A DNA stretch of 64,000 bases, taken from NCBI GenBank assembly GCA_965200155.1, contig CBDATR010000005.1, positions 1-64,000 of the forward strand, given 5' to 3'. Each line of letters opens with the position of its first letter. The first letter of the stretch is position 1. The position numbers were made by a program, and so were the translations under genes. The notes under the pieces were generated by a model. That model saw only the letters and a list, made by a program, of their open reading frames with translations. It was not told the DNA's origin and ran no database searches. This DNA comes from Nitrosopumilaceae archaeon (GTDB lineage: Archaea > Thermoproteota > Nitrososphaeria > Nitrososphaerales > Nitrosopumilaceae). This document shows, in pieces, positions 9,520-19,895 of the stretch.

Positions 9520-10457
9520 TAGTGCCGTGATGGCGTGATCAGTCATGGCCGTTCTCTCAAAGTGGTATGATAGCCATTCCATTGTGTAGACATCCAGTAC
9601 GTTGAAGCAGTAACACCCGCCAGACTGGCCGCACCATTGACATGTCCGCCTCCCAGAACTGGCCGGGGCCGGTCGGCTTTGGGAGACTCTTGTTGGATTG
9701 TATTATCTGCGATTTGGTCTTTTTTTTTTGCGTGATCCAGCCCTTGATACGGTATAGTCTCTGGATTCGTATGAGTTCACCTGCGTCTAAATTTACGCAT
9801 AACTGATCGCGACAGTTAATGTCATTTGTGCATAAGATTCCTGAAGACATGAACTCATACCTGGATTCTCTTGCGGTTTATGGGTGTGTTATTGTCCCGT
9901 GTAAGCTAGGCGACCATCATGCGCGTTCCATAGGAGGGGCGATTATGGGCTATACTGAGTATCTGGGTTCATGTGGTGTTGTCATTCTTTATCTGTCTGC
10001 GCTCTTTCCTTTCTGGCTTCTTTTTGTAGTACATCTTGTTTCTGGACACCCCGCAGAGCTCCAGTGCACGAACTACCCCGGTAGTGTCATTGATCTCCTT
10101 GAGGACCTTCAGTTTGGTCCCTCTCCACCATTGTTTTTTTAAATGTGTTGTTGGCAAGCGTTAGCTCACCTACTTAGATTATCGTTCTCTTGTAACATCT
10201 TTTTCATCTCGGAGTTTTGGGTTCTTGCATTCCTGTCCAATCCCTCAGAACCGGCCTTTAGGAATCTCTCCCTCCACGTGTGTGCGCGGTGATATGTTAT
10301 GCCGCCTGCAGATCTCTGCGGTGACTGCTGCCGAGTCTAACGTCTCTAAAATAATCCAGACCTTCTCTTCCCGACTCCATTGGTGCTTTTTGTCAACCAT
10401 GCTCTCTTGAATCTAAAAGGTGTGCATTGAGATCTATTCTCAATTCTATGGGGTCCA
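9520..10457 (-). pseudogene. IS3-family transposase pseudogene (orfA/orfB), interrupted by MITE-A
   Basis: OrfA-like MVDKKHQWSREEKVWIILE..AEICRRHNIS from 10400; OrfB fragments ALELCGVSRNKMYY and PTGPGQFWEADM; stops and frameshifts. Confidence 0.7.
9769..9860 (-). mobile_element. MITE-A copy
   Basis: TIRs; TSD CTGGATTC. Confidence 0.92.
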
Positions 10458-10517
10458 GGCCAATCATCAAGCCGGGTATCTGCTTGTGTTTAATTCCGGA
10501 ATAATACACAAAGAGTT

Positions 10518-11168
10518 ATGCGGCTCACTGTACATGCATGTGCTGTGGAACGATACCTGTTTGCTAGCTTGTCTCGTTTGGGGCTTGGCACTACAAGTCC
10601 ACCAGAGCTAGCAGTCCACATAAACTGTAGCAAGGTAGCTGCGGAGGAAATACTAGAATGGTGGCATGCTAGGGGTATAGGCAAGCGAACAGGCGATTCA
10701 TACCAATATGCTGCCGGACAAAGACTAGATGCGGCCATGGAATTGTTACGTTTGGGTCATAATACCCAGCAGGTGACCCCATATCTTCACTGGAGGGACT
10801 TTGAAGGACTGACGGGGCGTATACTGCAGTCTCATTCATTTGAAGTAACTCTCAATTACATAATGGTACAACCCCGCATGGAACTGGATGTGGTAGGCGT
10901 TCGCCTGAATACGGCCATTGCCATAGACTGCAAACACTGGGGCAGAACTTCACACTCATCCATATCTAGGGCAGTGTCAAAACAGGTGGCACGCGCCCAT
11001 CGTTATGCCATTACACATCACATCGACACGGTACCTGCAATAGTTACTCTGTGTGAGGACCAGTACTATGTCCAGGGGACTCCGGTGATCCCGGTGCACA
11101 CCTTGAACTCTTTTATGGACTGTTTTTTTGGCAATTTGGATGTCATGAGAGTAATAGCAGCGGGGTAG
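10518..11168 (+). CDS. Mrr-like restriction endonuclease-fold protein
   Basis: HWRDFE...ELDVVG...IDCKHW PD-(D/E)xK pattern; start uncertain. Confidence 0.7.
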   Translation: MRLTVHACAVERYLFASLSRLGLGTTSPPELAVHINCSKVAAEEILEWWHARGIGKRTGDSYQYAAGQRLDAAMELLRLGHNTQQVTPYLHWRDFEGLTGRILQSHSFEVTLNYIMVQPRMELDVVGVRLNTAIAIDCKHWGRTSHSSISRAVSKQVARAHRYAITHHIDTVPAIVTLCEDQYYVQGTPVIPVHTLNSFMDCFFGNLDVMRVIAAG

Positions 11169-12864
11169 AGAGGAACAGGGCAGCACATCCGGTCATGAAT
11201 ATCTTGACTAGATTCATGGAGCGATCCATGGCTCGTGAGTATGTCTCGAATATTCGTGAGCCCATGAGCCGCATGTTAGTATTACTGTGGAATACCTCGT
11301 AGGAACATGGCGATGTGGTAGAATCTGCTTCCTCGGCCATGTCCAGATACCATTTGCATATCTTGTCCTTCTTAGACATGAGTCCAAACTGGTAGTATCC
11401 GTTACGGTTTTTGGGCTTGACTGGATTGTAGTGTGTATCTGAAGTACATATCTCTAACAATGTGCGACCTGTCTTTGCAAACTCAGTAACCACCGCCTCT
11501 CGAACCCCATTTTCCATGTTATTGGCGTCTGCCCATCCAATGTAGTATCTGGAATGGCCCATCTTGATACATGCCAGTCCCAAACCTCCCTGGGCTACAT
11601 CTTCGCACTTTACACTCATGCCTGAATATCCGGCTTCCATGGGGTACTGCTTCTGTGAAGCAAGATCCTCTATGCATAATTTTGCTGCCTGTAGCATGCG
11701 AGTATGGTTATCCCTGGATATCTCCGGTCCCATGGCATTGTGGCAGTCCACCAAAAGCACCTCGCCAAAACCACTTTTTTGCGCATATTCAACAGTACTG
11801 GATTTTATACTACCCGGCAAGTCTTCCATGCCGTGAGGTGAGAGTGACATGAATAGAATGATGCTTTTACCTAATGCAATGCCTGTGACTCTTGCATGGC
11901 CTTCTATATACACTACCGGTCGCGTACAGGTTTTGCCACTGGTCTTTGCGGTAGTGCGCTCTAGACTCTTTAGATACTGCTGTACCTGTGACTGTGAGGG
12001 TATGTTCAATGCGTGATCTGATATGTCGTGCATGACCATGACTCTGGAATCCATCATCTGGTGTATCATGTATGGTATGTTGCTTCCACCTACCGGGTGA
12101 TATGGGCCAGGGTGCACGCCGGGCAGAACCAATCCAAATCTTTTATCACCAAACCACAAGATGGTGGTTTGTACTATGGATTCCTTGGAGCTCTGCTCCA
12201 TGATCTCCTCTATCTCCTGCTGCCTGCCTCCCTGTGATGCTATGTATGCCTGCACCATGGCATGCGCGCTTTTTACTTCTGGCCTGCCTGAGCGATCAGT
12301 CAACACTGACCATGCAGTAGCGCACCCCAGATACACTATGCCATACATCAGGGTTATGGGATCCAACAACATCTCCCACTGTGCCATGGGCACCATCACT
12401 ACAAACATGGCTGCTGGCTGGATAAAACAGATGGTCCAAGCTCGACCTATGCTGCAGCCTAATACTGTAGTGTATATACTAATACGAAAGCTTGCCAGCA
12501 GAAACATTCCCAGGGAGACAAAGAAAAAGACAGGTTCTTGTGACAGAATAGTCGCAATAGTCAGTCCCATCATTAGCGATATCATCCATACAGAACAGCC
12601 AAAGGCAGAGGAATGCAGGGACTTTGAGTACTCCTTGTTTCGTATGTATCTTGTATCGACCCACTGAGTAGCTGCTAGGACTGCTACCGTTACACCTATG
12701 CGCCAATATTCTGTCGAGTCTAGATACCCTGTAATCACTACCATTGACACCAATGCGGCCATGCCCAGTGAAAGGCATAGTGAAAAGTACTTGGAAGATG
12801 GACTTAGAAGTGTCAGGACATAACGGCCCTGTAGCCTAGACACATCATCTGTTGATTCTTCCAT
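11143..12864 (-). CDS. DUF2070-family archaeal membrane protein
   Basis: N-terminal TM helices, HPGP, DCHNA, DANNM and TSDTH motifs. Confidence 0.8.
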   Translation of the reverse strand: MEESTDDVSRLQGRYVLTLLSPSSKYFSLCLSLGMAALVSMVVITGYLDSTEYWRIGVTVAVLAATQWVDTRYIRNKEYSKSLHSSAFGCSVWMISLMMGLTIATILSQEPVFFFVSLGMFLLASFRISIYTTVLGCSIGRAWTICFIQPAAMFVVMVPMAQWEMLLDPITLMYGIVYLGCATAWSVLTDRSGRPEVKSAHAMVQAYIASQGGRQQEIEEIMEQSSKESIVQTTILWFGDKRFGLVLPGVHPGPYHPVGGSNIPYMIHQMMDSRVMVMHDISDHALNIPSQSQVQQYLKSLERTTAKTSGKTCTRPVVYIEGHARVTGIALGKSIILFMSLSPHGMEDLPGSIKSSTVEYAQKSGFGEVLLVDCHNAMGPEISRDNHTRMLQAAKLCIEDLASQKQYPMEAGYSGMSVKCEDVAQGGLGLACIKMGHSRYYIGWADANNMENGVREAVVTEFAKTGRTLLEICTSDTHYNPVKPKNRNGYYQFGLMSKKDKICKWYLDMAEEADSTTSPCSYEVFHSNTNMRLMGSRIFETYSRAMDRSMNLVKIFMTGCAALFLSTPLLLLS

Positions 12865-12870
12865 GTTAGA

Positions 12871-13053
12871 TCAGGGAGCAAGCATAATGTCCAGCATCCA
12901 TGAAATTATGATCAGACCGGCAGGGATGATCACAACTATACGAGGGTCAATTTTGAAACCTTTAGTCTCATCCTCAAAGAACCTCATCAGGCCTCCGCTA
13001 GAGGCTGGAAGCGGTGCACCCTTGTTCTTGCTACTCACATCATGTCTCGTCAT
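12871..13053 (-). CDS. secG: Preprotein translocase subunit Sec61beta/SecG
   Basis: SGGLMRFFEDETKGFKIDP followed by one TM helix; true start may be slightly downstream. Confidence 0.88.
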   Translation of the reverse strand: MTRHDVSSKNKGAPLPASSGGLMRFFEDETKGFKIDPRIVVIIPAGLIIISWMLDIMLAP

Positions 13054-13544
13054 TTTTTCCTTAAAAAACCTTGTTTTTTATTATGGGGTAACCGCTTAGG
13101 TTATCCAGGATCTCATTTGGGGAGGAGGGCGCTCAAGTACTGCATTCTCCACAAGTCTGTGACATCCAGGACCGGAATTCTGTGTGATAAATGGGGGATA
13201 TGTTGCCCAGAGACTTATGGTATCTGCTATATCTGTGATAAGTTCGACTACAGACTAGAGCGCACTGCTCTTGATGTGCTTATATGATCCCGGAATTAAT
13301 CAAGTAGCAACGAGCCATGACTCAGGTCGTGTCATCTAGCAAAACACAAGAATTGCATAATGATGAACAAGATTCATCTGGTACTAGTTTCTGTAAAGGT
13401 TGGTAGCCGGCATCAAGTCCTCGTACGCCCGCCTGCACGCTACAGAGGCCTGTAGTATGGCACCCCGGCCATAGTTAGCCGGTAACTCGCGCACCCACTC
13501 CAGATCACGGCGCCACTTTGACAATTCCAGGAACAAACCATTCT

Positions 13545-13995
13545 TGTTGGACGGGTAAACCGTCCCTTGATAACCGTTTTAGAACGTGGTAGCTGATTCA
13601 CGCACAATGAATCACAGACCATATGGTGACTTGGCGGACTCGTTCTTATTCTTGACCTTGGCCGAATCATGCCTCAATTCAAGAGTGGTTCCGGGTATGT
13701 AGTAGCCACCAAGACTGATCTCGGACACCGCTCTATTATAGACATAATCGGATGTATGACCAAATATCTTGGCGCGCCGGGAGAACTCCTTATTTGTATG
13801 AGTTCACGTCTTCCGGAATCTTATGCTCAAATCACATTAACTGTCGCGATCAGTTGTGCGTAAATTTAGACACAGGTGAACTCATACCCTTATTTTTCTT
13901 CAACGGTATAATGACGGTCCAAATTATGTCATCCATCGTCTGGTGATTCTACTCTAGTAGTTGTTCTATAAAAAGTACGGTCCTATACCCGGCAA
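13545..13995 (-). repeat. Decayed repeat homologous to 39110-39490 (possible tnpB-like remnant)
   Basis: Reverse-complement similarity to 39110-39490, which lacks the MITE found here. Confidence 0.7.
13796..13887 (+). mobile_element. MITE-A copy
   Basis: TSD CCTTATTT; empty site present at ~39225-39235. Confidence 0.93.
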
Positions 13996-14131
13996 AGAAT
14001 TATGGTGGACGCTATACTAATAAGCCAAAGACGAGAACTCGTACAATTCTCTAGTTATCTGGTAACCGTCTATTGAATTTCAAATTATGTGACCTTTCTA
14101 TCAAAAGAGCCTGTGGTGGTATTCCATATGG

Positions 14132-14452
14132 CTACTTGGGGTTCACCAACAAGCCGGAGAGGTGAGATATCTCGTCTAGTATGGCTTTCCTGTGATCTGA
14201 TTCGGTCGATGCGCCTAGTTGTTTCGAGAGATCAAGTATCTGGCTTTCTATCTCCTCTTTTGAGGGTGTATCCTCTTTTATAGGCGCATTCTGTGGCTCG
14301 CTACCACATGATGCACACAACGCCCTGCCGTTCTTGATCACTCTCACACCAGAACAGTAGGGACACGGCTGAGCTAGCATTGTGGCCCCGTTCAGCAACA
14401 TCTCCGCGGCCCTGCGTATGGAATCATTTGCCATAACGGAACCGTAACGCAC
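14132..14452 (-). CDS. UPF0148/autoantigen p27-like Zn-ribbon protein
   Basis: GATMLAQPCPYC...CASC. Confidence 0.8.
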   Translation of the reverse strand: MRYGSVMANDSIRRAAEMLLNGATMLAQPCPYCSGVRVIKNGRALCASCGSEPQNAPIKEDTPSKEEIESQILDLSKQLGASTESDHRKAILDEISHLSGLLVNPK

Positions 14453-14692
14453 AATCTAAAAAATGCTACCACACTGCTCTTGTAACCACTTAGTCTTCCG
14501 GCCAAATATCTTGGGTGGATGTGTATCCCTCTTTGACTCATGATCACAGCACAAAAGATCAACTTGGCGCATACATATACTGGTTATGCTGACAACAGGC
14601 AGATATTCAATCTATAGCGTCAACCATCAGCATAGTTTTCCGTGGCGCCCTAACTCGGTTCAATCGTTATCAAATTCATGAGATGTCCGATT

Positions 14693-14784
14693 GTATGAGT
14701 TCACGTCTTCCGGAATCTTATGCACAAATCACATTAACTGTCGCGATCAGTTATGCGTAAATTTAGACACAGGTGAACTCACAC
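14693..14784 (+). mobile_element. MITE-A copy
   Basis: TSD GTCCGATT/GTCAGATT (1 mismatch). Confidence 0.9.
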
Positions 14785-14819
14785 GTCAGATTTTCATCTC
14801 ATGAATATAGCGCGTGCTA

Positions 14820-15759
14820 TCAATAGTACGAAAAGTAAGTCCGCTTAGGATCCGGCGTACAGTAGTTCAGATTGCACAAGCCAGATGGTAAAGAGAATAA
14901 CAGAGGAATCAAGACAAAAGAGGCGTTGCTGCCACCAAAATAGCTCAAGACCTAAACATCAGTTCAAGACACGTACGAAGATTGTGAACCAGAGGACGGG
15001 AACGACTCGAGTAAAGATGAGCAGGCCTATGATACCAATCACCGCCACCCAGATACGAATGGTAACTGAAGCATACAGCAAGGATCCCGCCGGAGTAGTA
15101 CGTATTGCAAAGAGGCTTAGACAGAATTACAATATATCGCGCAGTATATCGCATAATGAAAAAGAACGGTACGGCAGGATCATCACCTGCAAAGTCAGAG
15201 TGGGTACGCTATGAGCGTAAATATTCCAATGCAATGTGGCACTGGCATGTCATGAAAGATGAGCGCTTCAAGGGACTGAATCTCATAGATGATGCATCCA
15301 GGTGTATAGTCGGAGCGGCACTATTTGAGCATGCAACCTTAGAGAACGCCGTTCTATTACTGAGACTGGCGATAAAGAGATTCGGCGCCCCTGCATCTTG
15401 GATAACGGCGCGTGTTTCGTAGGACAATAAAAGGGCAAAAAGAACTGGAAACCCACTATTCTAGGAAGAACTGCTGGATCAAGACATCATACTAATCAAT
15501 TCCAGGCCATACCACCCGCAGACAAATGGCAAACTGGAGCGCTTCCACAGAACAATTGAGGACGAGATATGGCATTATGACAGTCTCCGGGATTATATCG
15601 ACTACTACAATGAGAGAAGGTTGCACTTCTCACGGGATATAGATAACGGCGAAACGCCGCTTCAGGAATAAAAAGGCGACCCAGACAATTAGGGCAAATG
15701 ATGCAAAATGGATGGAGCGAGATGCCAATGACTAGCGGACCGACTTTTCATACATTACA
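14820..15759 (+). mobile_element. Non-autonomous IS481-family element, copy 1
   Basis: Fragmented integrase-core motifs RYERKYSNAMWH, IDDASR, SRPYHPQTNGKLERFHRTIE, YNERRLH; ends ..CATTACA; 16-bp TSD AATATAGCGCGTGCTA at 14804-14819 and 15760-15775. Confidence 0.88.
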
Positions 15760-16039
15760 AATATAGCGCGTGCTATACAAAACAAGTATTATACGTGACA
15801 AATATAGTGGTCACCATAAGTCTTTGACTATGATTATGGCGCCTCGTTGATGCGCCGCGCGCTCCCCTCGTTCCTGAACGGTACATGATTTTGGCTTGTC
15901 GCCATTACTCCCGCCCTGACGTCTCCGGTTGGGTGGGGAATGATTCCGCCCCCGGACGACCCGCTCGGCCGCCCCCTGCACGGAAACCGGTTACTATGCG
16001 CGGCATTAATGTCTGCGTCACTCTCCTAGTTACACCGAG

Positions 16040-16131
16040 GTATGAGTTCACCTGTGTCTAAATTTACGCATAACTGATCGCGACAGTTAATGTGATTTGT
16101 GCATAAGATTCCGGAAGACGTGAACTCATAC
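16040..16131 (-). mobile_element. MITE-A copy
   Basis: TSD ACACCGAG. Confidence 0.93.
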
Positions 16132-16258
16132 ACACCGAGTGCATCTGAATACATCCAAACGGTTACGTTATGCGCTACTCTAATCGTACCGTTGAGACTC
16201 GTACTGCTTGTTCGATACATCAATCATTGCGGTCTACTTTTTACAAAGACAATTCTTT

Positions 16259-17050
16259 CTAACTTGTAGTTTGAACTAGTTCCTGGTACATATCCCACGC
16301 AGTGTTAACATCAGCACCCTCATGTATTATGGAGCGTACTGCTCTTATCATGGGAACAGGGTGGTCTGATTGCCATATGTTGCGGCCCATATCTACCCCT
16401 ATGGCTCCCGCGTGAATGGCGTCATATGTAAGCTGGAGGGCATCCCGCTCGGGTATCTTTTTACCGCCTGCTATTATTACCGGTACCGGACACGATTCAG
16501 TTACGCGCTCAAAGTTATCACAATAGTATGTCTTTACTACATGCGCGCCCATCTCCGCGGCCATCCTGCATGATAGCGCCAGATAGCGCGCATCCTTGCC
16601 CATGTCTTTGCCCACCGCGGTAACAGCTAAAACGGGCAAGCCGTACTCATTAGCCTCGTTCACTAACTTGCCCAAATTTACCATGGTTTGATACTCATAT
16701 TTTGCCCCCACAAATATGGACATGGCCAAGGCTGTGGCATTCACTCGTATTGCATCTTTTACACTAACCGTAATGTCTTCTCTGGAGAGATCCTCGCCTA
16801 TTATACTTGAGCCACCAGACACTCGTAATACAATGGGTGTATCCGAGTGTGTTGGTACCGATGTTCGTAGTATGCCTCTGGTAAGCATGAGTGAGTCGCA
16901 GTATTTTAGAATAGGGGCGATGGTGTTCTGTGCATTCTCCAAACGTTCGGTAGGACCAAGAAAATATCCATGATCTACAGCTAGCATCAGTGCCCTGTTA
17001 CTGGGTTGTCGTATTATTCGACTTATGCGATTCCCAAGCCCCCAATCCAT
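16259..17050 (-). CDS. lsrF: LsrF/DhnA-type class I aldolase/thiolase
   Basis: MLAVDHGYFLGP, VVKTYY, IAGGKK, GVDMGRNIWQS. Confidence 0.85.
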   Translation of the reverse strand: MDWGLGNRISRIIRQPSNRALMLAVDHGYFLGPTERLENAQNTIAPILKYCDSLMLTRGILRTSVPTHSDTPIVLRVSGGSSIIGEDLSREDITVSVKDAIRVNATALAMSIFVGAKYEYQTMVNLGKLVNEANEYGLPVLAVTAVGKDMGKDARYLALSCRMAAEMGAHVVKTYYCDNFERVTESCPVPVIIAGGKKIPERDALQLTYDAIHAGAIGVDMGRNIWQSDHPVPMIRAVRSIIHEGADVNTAWDMYQELVQTTS

Positions 17051-17465
17051 GTCGTATTCCTCACAGTACCCATCTTAAGCCTTTGCCAATAAAAATGAAT
17101 TTTACCGTAACTAATTTCGATATAATTTCTCTAGCCGTATAGTTGGCTTTACCCCATTTCAGACGCGATACTACCGTAACCATTATTGTGCATACCTTAA
17201 CCGGCTCCTTGGAATACGATACACTCCTTGCTACAGTGAGCCTTTGTGAGTTCGGTCTCCCACTCAGGACAATACTGGTGTGTAATTTATTGCGCGTATC
17301 CGCGGATATATTTCTCAGATTTTAATGCCTGTATATAATTACCGTTACTAAACGGTTCTGTAACAAACTTATGTAAATATGTGATTTTTATATAATTTGA
17401 TTGATTTATGCAACAAATTTGCTCGATGCGAATAGATATAAAGAATTAATTTGCACAAACAATAC

Positions 17466-17609
17466 ATGGTACAGGCGTATTGCGTAAAATGTAAAGACAA
17501 AGTGGAAGTGAATAAACCGGAGCAAATTACAATGAAGAACGGTCGTCCTGCTGTAACAGGTACATGTCCTACGTGTATCACCAAAGTCTTTCGTATAGGA
17601 AAAATGTAG
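17466..17609 (+). CDS. Small DUF5679-like Zn-ribbon protein (47 aa)
   Basis: Manual translation MVQAYCVKCKDKVEVNKPEQITMKNGRPAVTGTCPTCITKVFRIGKM; TATA-like ATATAAA upstream. Confidence 0.85.
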   Translation: MVQAYCVKCKDKVEVNKPEQITMKNGRPAVTGTCPTCITKVFRIGKM

Positions 17610-17656
17610 ATAACTAAACCATTATAGGTACGTATACTTTTTTGTTAATAATCAAC

Positions 17657-18070
17657 ATGGATTATTTGCCGCTTCTAGAACGCATTCGCGACAATCTAAG
17701 TGACGTTTCAGAGTCCACACAATCCAGATTTGAACTTCCCTCTGTGGACATATGGTGGGAGGGACACAAGACGTTCCTGCGCAATTTTGCAGACTTTGCC
17801 AAGATACTCAGGCGCGATCCTGCAAAGATATTACAATATTTGTCAAAGGAGTTTGCCGTACCTGCCGAGAGATTGGGAGACAAGGCTATGTTCATAGGTA
17901 AAAGGCAGCCGGAAGACTTTGTACGACTCTTCAAGATATACTATAGAGAGTACGTGGAATGCCCAACATGTAAAAGTCCTGATACCAATACAATGAAGAA
18001 GAATCGTATATCATTTCTTGTATGCGAGGCATGCGGGGCAAAATCCGCCCTCAAGGGTAAGTATGCTTGA
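17657..18070 (+). CDS. eif2b: Translation initiation factor aIF-2 beta
   Basis: RFELP, NFADFAKILRR, YVECPTCKSPDT, CEACGA. Confidence 0.93.
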   Translation: MDYLPLLERIRDNLSDVSESTQSRFELPSVDIWWEGHKTFLRNFADFAKILRRDPAKILQYLSKEFAVPAERLGDKAMFIGKRQPEDFVRLFKIYYREYVECPTCKSPDTNTMKKNRISFLVCEACGAKSALKGKYA

Positions 18071-18366
18071 TGTTCTCCGCAAAGGTTGTTCCACATCATG
18101 GCGGTCATATGCTTAACATATGCGACGTGGATTTACTGGGGCGGGAACTTGCTGAGGACAAGCTCGTAATACATATACGACCAAACTATTACGGCGATAG
18201 GCTAGTGGACTCACAGGAGGCCGCTGCCCTACTTCGAGCCGCTTCTATCATAAATATGGCCGGTGAAAATATAGTTTCCCTCTCTTCTAGCCTAGGGGTG
18301 GGTACTAGAAGTGGTGCCCGAGTGATATCCGGTGTACCATTTCTGGTAGTCTTCCAGATGGGCTAA
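18067..18366 (+). CDS. DUF424-family protein
   Basis: NICDVDLLG...INMAGE...GVPF; conserved position after aIF-2beta. Confidence 0.8.
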   Translation: MMFSAKVVPHHGGHMLNICDVDLLGRELAEDKLVIHIRPNYYGDRLVDSQEAAALLRAASIINMAGENIVSLSSSLGVGTRSGARVISGVPFLVVFQMG

Positions 18367-18537
18367 TGACGCATACAATCGTATGTGGGACTAATTCTTG
18401 CTTAAACCCCGTACGGGTGTGGTGCCGTGTCACATAGTAGTTCTGTCACGCCTGAACCCAATGATCACTACGCGTTCGTGTCACAAAGACAGGACTTTTT
18501 GTTGATTCCTTGCATTCATTGATAAATACCATAATTT

Positions 18538-19326
18538 ATGATCTTATGCATGTATGATGTACTGGATCCACTCTTGGAATCGCGCATTGACAGGCGGCTA
18601 CAGAACAAGAATCGCACACGACTCCAGGATGGCTTCAAAAAACACAAAACAATCAACGAGGTGCTGGACAAACCAACCGTGATGACATTATACGGAATGA
18701 TATCTCATGGCATAATCTCTTATGTGGATGGTGTGGTTGGAGCTGGCAAGGAATCACTTCTCTTTTGCGGTATGGGTGAGAATGGTAATCGCGTCGCGCT
18801 TAAAGTGTATCTGGTGTCTACATCAAATTTTAAAAAACGCGTCAAGTATATTCAAGGAGATCCGCGTTTTTCAAGATTCCGTAATAATACCCGGGATATA
18901 GTCTACCTTTGGGCAAAGAAGGAGTTTCGTAATCTGCTTCAGGCTCATGAGGCCGGGGTGCGTGTGCCCCGTCCCATTCGGTCCAATAATAATGTCATGG
19001 CAATGGAGTTTATTGGAGAGAACGGTATGCCTGCGCCACTATTGCTGGGTAGCACGCCGGACGAAGATGACTACGTGCAAGCTATCCAGATTATCAAAAC
19101 ACTTTATCAGAAGGCCAGGCTAGTGCATGGTGATTACTCGGAGTACAACATATTCAAGACCGACGAGGGACTTGTTCCCTTTGATTTTGGCTCGGCTGTG
19201 GACAGTCGTCATCCTGCCGCTAGGCTATTTTTACAGCGTGACATAAATAACATCAATCGATATTTCTCAAAGAGACGTGTTCCTGTGATAGATACCGCAA
19301 TAATATTGGGTGATATATTATCATGA
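18538..19326 (+). CDS. rio1: RIO1 Ser/Thr kinase
   Basis: GKES, ALKVY, WAKKEFRNL, LVHGDYSEYNI, FDFG. Confidence 0.92.
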   Translation: MILCMYDVLDPLLESRIDRRLQNKNRTRLQDGFKKHKTINEVLDKPTVMTLYGMISHGIISYVDGVVGAGKESLLFCGMGENGNRVALKVYLVSTSNFKKRVKYIQGDPRFSRFRNNTRDIVYLWAKKEFRNLLQAHEAGVRVPRPIRSNNNVMAMEFIGENGMPAPLLLGSTPDEDDYVQAIQIIKTLYQKARLVHGDYSEYNIFKTDEGLVPFDFGSAVDSRHPAARLFLQRDINNINRYFSKRRVPVIDTAIILGDILS

Positions 19327-19895
19327 TGTATACAAAGACACTTCGCATCCCCATGGATCGCATAGGTGTTCTAATAGGAAAGTCTGGCGCATCCAAGAAG
19401 CGAATTGAGGACTCCTGTGGTGTACGTATAACCATCGACAGCAAGAGCGGTGATGTAACAATAGATGCCGCCTCAGACATTGAATCAGTAAAGCCCTTCA
19501 AGGCAACAGAGATTGTAACAGCAATAGGGAGGGGATTCTCCGCGGAGATTGCCATGAAACTCTTGGACGACCTCGTCCGGCTCCACGTACTGGATTTGAG
19601 GGAATTTGCTGGAAAGTCTGGATCTGCGCTGATACGAATGCGCAGTCGTATAATTGGAGAGAATGGGAGAGCCCGCCGTAACATGGAACAACTGGGCCAC
19701 AGTCATATATGCGTGTACGGCAAGACCGTGGCAATAATAGGTAATGAGAACCGTCTCCGCACAGTAACAAAAGCTATCGTATCCCTGCTTAACGGTGGAA
19801 TGCATGCTACCGCATACGGAAAACTGGAAGCTGCAAACCGTCGGGATAGGAGGGAAAAAATGCTTCTCTGGGAAGGTCAATACATTGGTGACTGA
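19323..19895 (+). CDS. KH-domain RNA-processing protein (Dim2/Pno1)
   Basis: RIGVLIGKSG, AIGRGFS, RIIGENG. Confidence 0.9.
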   Translation: MMYTKTLRIPMDRIGVLIGKSGASKKRIEDSCGVRITIDSKSGDVTIDAASDIESVKPFKATEIVTAIGRGFSAEIAMKLLDDLVRLHVLDLREFAGKSGSALIRMRSRIIGENGRARRNMEQLGHSHICVYGKTVAIIGNENRLRTVTKAIVSLLNGGMHATAYGKLEAANRRDRREKMLLWEGQYIGD

